A stretch of DNA of 64,000 nucleotides from NCBI GenBank assembly GCA_010093605.1, contig MU004204.1, positions 204,959 through 268,958 of the forward strand, given 5' to 3'. Positions 60,239 to 64,000 of the stretch are shown here, in pieces. Position 1 is the first letter of the stretch, and each line of letters begins with the position of its first letter. A program made the position numbers and the translations under genes. The notes beneath the pieces are model-generated. The model was given only the letters and a program-made list of their open reading frames with translations. It searched no databases and had not been told where the DNA came from. The stretch is from Lophium mytilinum (taxonomy: Eukaryota).

Positions 60239-61768
60239 CTATTTGCTTACCTTGACTTCCCCGATCATGGATACGCCCTTCACAGGTGCGAAGTTCGATA
60301 CATCGTCAATACTACAACATTGTCAGCCACTCGTACCCTGAAGGTACTCCACGATCCTGAAATACATGAGGAATCATCGACTTACATGATCTTCGCGCCC
60401 GGCGCCTGCATCGCGATTCCCACGCTCTCGAACCTGTCCCATTTCATAATCAGCTGCGCGCTGTATAGCAGCTTTTGCCCAGGTATAGGGGCGTATTGGG
60501 TCACTTCGTAGCCCTTGAGCCCGTACTGCGCCCAGTGCGTCATTGCTAGCGGCATGTGGGTGCTGATGAGGTAGTCCATGTCGAATTTTGCACCCTCTTT
60601 GGCGGGATAGAGGACTGTAGTGGAGAAAGGTGTGGCCGCCGTGGCGCTGCCAAATTCTCCTTTCAGATCCATTTTGAGCAGGTCTCCCTCGATGATTTCG
60701 GTCTTCCTTGCTTCGAGATCGTCTACGTCCCAGTTGGCAGACATGTAACGCCCGCTCAAGAACTGGGCCTGCGGCGAGGCTAGGTACACTGCTGTGCCGG
60801 CGGCGAGTTCGACTATGAGTCCCAATGTTAACGAATTAGCCCGGTCGTTGGAAATAGGGAAGAAATAGAAGTTGGGGTGACAAGAATAATAACGTACCAG
60901 TATCGCCGCAAAAGTGTAGGACTTCCGGGTGACTCTCTGCCATATCGGTGACGATCATTCCAGGGTGATAGTTCATCGACGAGACTTTCGAATATGCCGA
61001 AGGAATAGCTTCCGATAATCTCCCCATCGCTAGTTTGCTGATTGGGTAACTAGTGCCTACCGGCCCTGTCGTCAGCATTCCCCAGGTATTGACGTTGACG
61101 ATCGTTGCTTCTCGCTCCGAACCGACTAGTCGGAGAAATGCTCTGCTCATGAGGTAGCTTCCTTTGACGTTGACTTCCTACATCCATTCAAGTAGCCAGT
61201 TAGTCTTATACTTCATTCTATGGCTTACATTCAGGATGAAGGTATCTTACAAAATCCGCCCACCATTCCTTCGGCTCACTCTCTCCAATGATAGTCGCGG
61301 CGCCCGACCAAAGACCAGCGCCGTTCACTAGCACATCAGGAATCCCGAAACTGGACTTGACAGTCTCTTCGAGATGGTTCACGCTCTCTTCGGAAGTCGT
61401 GTCGGTGGGAAGAACCAGGACGTCGACTTTGGGATTGACCTTGAGCAACTCTCGTTTGGTTGCCTCTAGCTTTTGGCTGCTACGACTCGCAAGGACGATC
61501 CGGGCCGCATCTGCTTTCGCGAATGCAATGGCAATAGCCTATCCGAGCTTTCAATAAATATATGGACGTATTTGCTTAGGAAGGGAAACCCGGTTACCTT
61601 GCCTATACCCTGGCTGGCACCGGTGACGATGACAGTTTTTCCTTTCTGCGACAGCTTGGGCGAGGCCGGGTCTATCGAGGGGTACTGGTCACGATGTACC
61701 GTTTTCGTAAACTGATGTGTGGTGACGAAGTAGTCAGCAGGCAGTAAGTGACTAGAAGCCGAAGTCAT
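60239..61768 (-). CDS. Short-chain dehydrogenase/reductase fused to a C-terminal EthD-like domain, 5 exons
   Basis: TGASQGIG, DVLVNGAG, SYPISK (YxxxK), YHPGMIVTDM, FLSGRYMSANWD, then in the same exon TVLYP..FDMDYLISTHMPL..W, and a final exon DDVSNF. Confidence 0.85.
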
Positions 61769-62250
61769 GATGTATGGATATAGCTAAAGTATGGTTAATT
61801 CGCGGGTGAGGTAAGGTGAGGGACGTTTGATATTATAATGATTCTGGCGCTGGACGGCTTTACTTATGTTCCTTTTCTCTTCTGTCTAAACACCGTAACC
61901 CATCCTTGTTCTCGCCGCGCGTACTGCGAAAGTCCAAAGCATTGTCCCAGAAGGGTAAAAGGCTGAAGAAATTCGGCTGCTTTTGGATAAGTAGGCGAAG
62001 GGAGCCTGCACTGACTTGGGGTCTGATTGGCTGGGTCACACACTATCATATAACAGGCTAGAGCGTTTTGTGGACGACATAAGAATCCCATCCGGGGCTT
62101 CCTAACCCCTCCGCAGTATGCAGCCCTAAATACAACGCCAATCACACTTACCCAGTTGAACCCATTTCTTGAACGACCGTTACCCCCTTTGGATACTCTC
62201 AACCATACACTCGCTTTAAGCCATCGAGGCACTAGCCGCAAGCTTGCCAG

Positions 62251-63990
62251 ATGATGACGTTTTCTCCGCAGTTTCTAGTCTTTGATAGTAAGACGGGGCC
62301 AAAGAGCGAAGACCGGGGACTGATCTACTGCTCGTCTAAAGAGTCCAAAGTCCAATGGCCACCATCAGTTCGAAGAGGAAGACCGCGGAAAGGCGGGTGC
62401 TCGCCGAAGACCCCGTTGAAACAGGTTGAAAGATCTCCAAAGCAGCGCTATGAATTCGTCCATTGTTCGGATAGAAAACCACCCAATGACGCTTCTAGTC
62501 GAAAGCTCGTTCGGACCCATGTCATGCATAATCATCGAAGGGCTAAGATGCGTGGGGTCCAAGACACCGAAGTCGAGGGTCAAAATAGTCCCACAGAACC
62601 AACCGTTGAGCTTGCCCATTTCCCTATCCCCTCCCCAGGGCGCTGGAGCCGTGACCCCTTCGATAGCTTCCCCCTGAAAATGCGACCGCACATGCACGAG
62701 CTGCTTTACCTCTGTAAGTCCTATAATCTTCGCTCGCCAGATCATCAATCTCAGGCATCACATGACATCTTTAATTGATGCGACGATCATAGACGTCTCC
62801 GCCGCATCCACCTATCTCTACCCCATCGAAGCTCTCCACGGCCTCAATCCAACATCAACCCTCTGGGTGCCCCTCGCACTCACTGACCCGGCTTTGCTGA
62901 GCTCGCTCCTCTTCTCCAGCGAGCAGTTTTCGGCGAAAGTTCATGGTCAGAGGGTGCCGTCCTCCGCACTTAAACACCTAACGCAAGCGGTACGGATCCT
63001 CAATGCGCGGTTGCAGAATCCTGGAGAGGAGATCAGTGATTCGACCATCGCTGCAGTGGCTGGTCTAGCCTTGACAGAAGTGAGTGGTGCTCCCATAGCT
63101 TAACCTTGAGTACACTAACGTAGCTATGCTGGCAGCAAGCAAGTGGTAACCAGGCAAACTGGCGCATCCACATGAGGGGCATACAGCGAATGGTCGAGAT
63201 GCGCGGGGGCATGCAGGCCTTCCACAGTAGGCCAATCCTGCATGACAAGCTGTGCCGGTAATCCCAAAATGCTTCTACCTTCAGCCCCAGTTAGCTGTTG
63301 CTAAATCAGTGCAGTGCCGACATATGCGGCTCTATATATTCCCTCTCGCAGCCCTACCTTCAACCTCAGCTCGAGGCCCTTCCCAGCTACGACAGGTCAG
63401 AGCGGCCTCTCCCTCCAGGCTTCCGGGTTCTCCACCACGCGTACGGATTCGACGCTTATTTCCTAGACATTCTCTATGATGTACACAGCGTGACTGAGCA
63501 CCTCAAAACCGCCGACCTAGTAAAATCAGACATCATTCCCTCACGGCTCCGCTCCCAAATCCGCTCAGTCCAATACCGGCTTCTCTCCGCCCAGAACGCT
63601 GCCACTAGCACATCTGACGATATAGACCACCTCCTCGCCACTTGCCATCTATCCCTCCTTCTCTATACCGGCATCGTCCAGAATGAGTTCTGGGCGTCGC
63701 CGGTAAGCGCGCAGTTCGTAAAGCAGCTGCAGTGTTGCCTTGGGAGGAGGGAGTTGTTTGTTAGTGAGGCGATGCGCGCGATGAGGGTGTGGCTGCTTTT
63801 TCTCTCGGGGGCCGTTATTAGTGAGCAGAGCGAGAGGACTTGGATTGCAGAGGGTATTGAGAAAGTAGCAGAGGAGCTGAAACTAAGGAGTTGGATTGAG
63901 GTAAGGGGAGTGCTGGAGGAGTTTGCGTGGGTTCCGAAGGTGATGGATAGGGGTGGCGAAGAGCTATGGGGAGAGCTTGTGAGAATGTGA
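62251..63990 (+). CDS. Fungal-specific TF-domain (PF11951-like) protein without Zn cluster, N-terminal AT-hook, 4 exons
   Basis: RRGRPRK; FV..RKLVRTHVM; RDPFDSFP; ALTDPALL..AVRILNARL..SDSTIAAVAGL; HMRGIQRMVEMRGG; W.EVRGVLEEFAW. Start codon uncertain. Confidence 0.8.
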
Positions 63991-64000
63991 GGGAGACAAG

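Overview
Eukaryotic, intron-containing DNA from a filamentous ascomycete (GT-AG introns of about 45-120 nt with CTRAC/CTAAC branch points; probably Eurotiomycetes, which is my inference). About 19 apparently intact genes: a cAMP-receptor-like GPCR, an SrpA-like small catalase, PHO85/PhoA CDK, a DCAF8-like WD40 protein, an ASST-domain cell-surface protein, POB3, a Zn2Cys6 TF, DPM2, CWC22, two coiled-coil proteins, 6-phosphogluconolactonase, DUF4385, a GNAT, a long-chain alcohol oxidase, a Pib2-like FYVE protein, DUS1, an SDR-EthD fusion and a PF11951-like TF. They are interspersed with decayed accessory islands: NLR-type TPR and DPP III relics, an O-methyltransferase relic, orphan ORFs and TpA-rich RIP-like tracts. 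Four observations stand out. (1) An ATG-less ~300-codon acidic exon lies 75 nt after the PHO85 stop and can be spliced in frame onto the kinase. (2) A non-coding repeat with an exact 161-bp period occurs as two arrays 9 kb apart in inverted orientation, each just downstream of a gene 3' end. (3) The POB3 start codon is split by an intron. (4) The SDR-EthD fusion is divergently paired with an AT-hook TF. All family calls come from motif recognition by eye; no searches were run. Exon boundaries are manual predictions.
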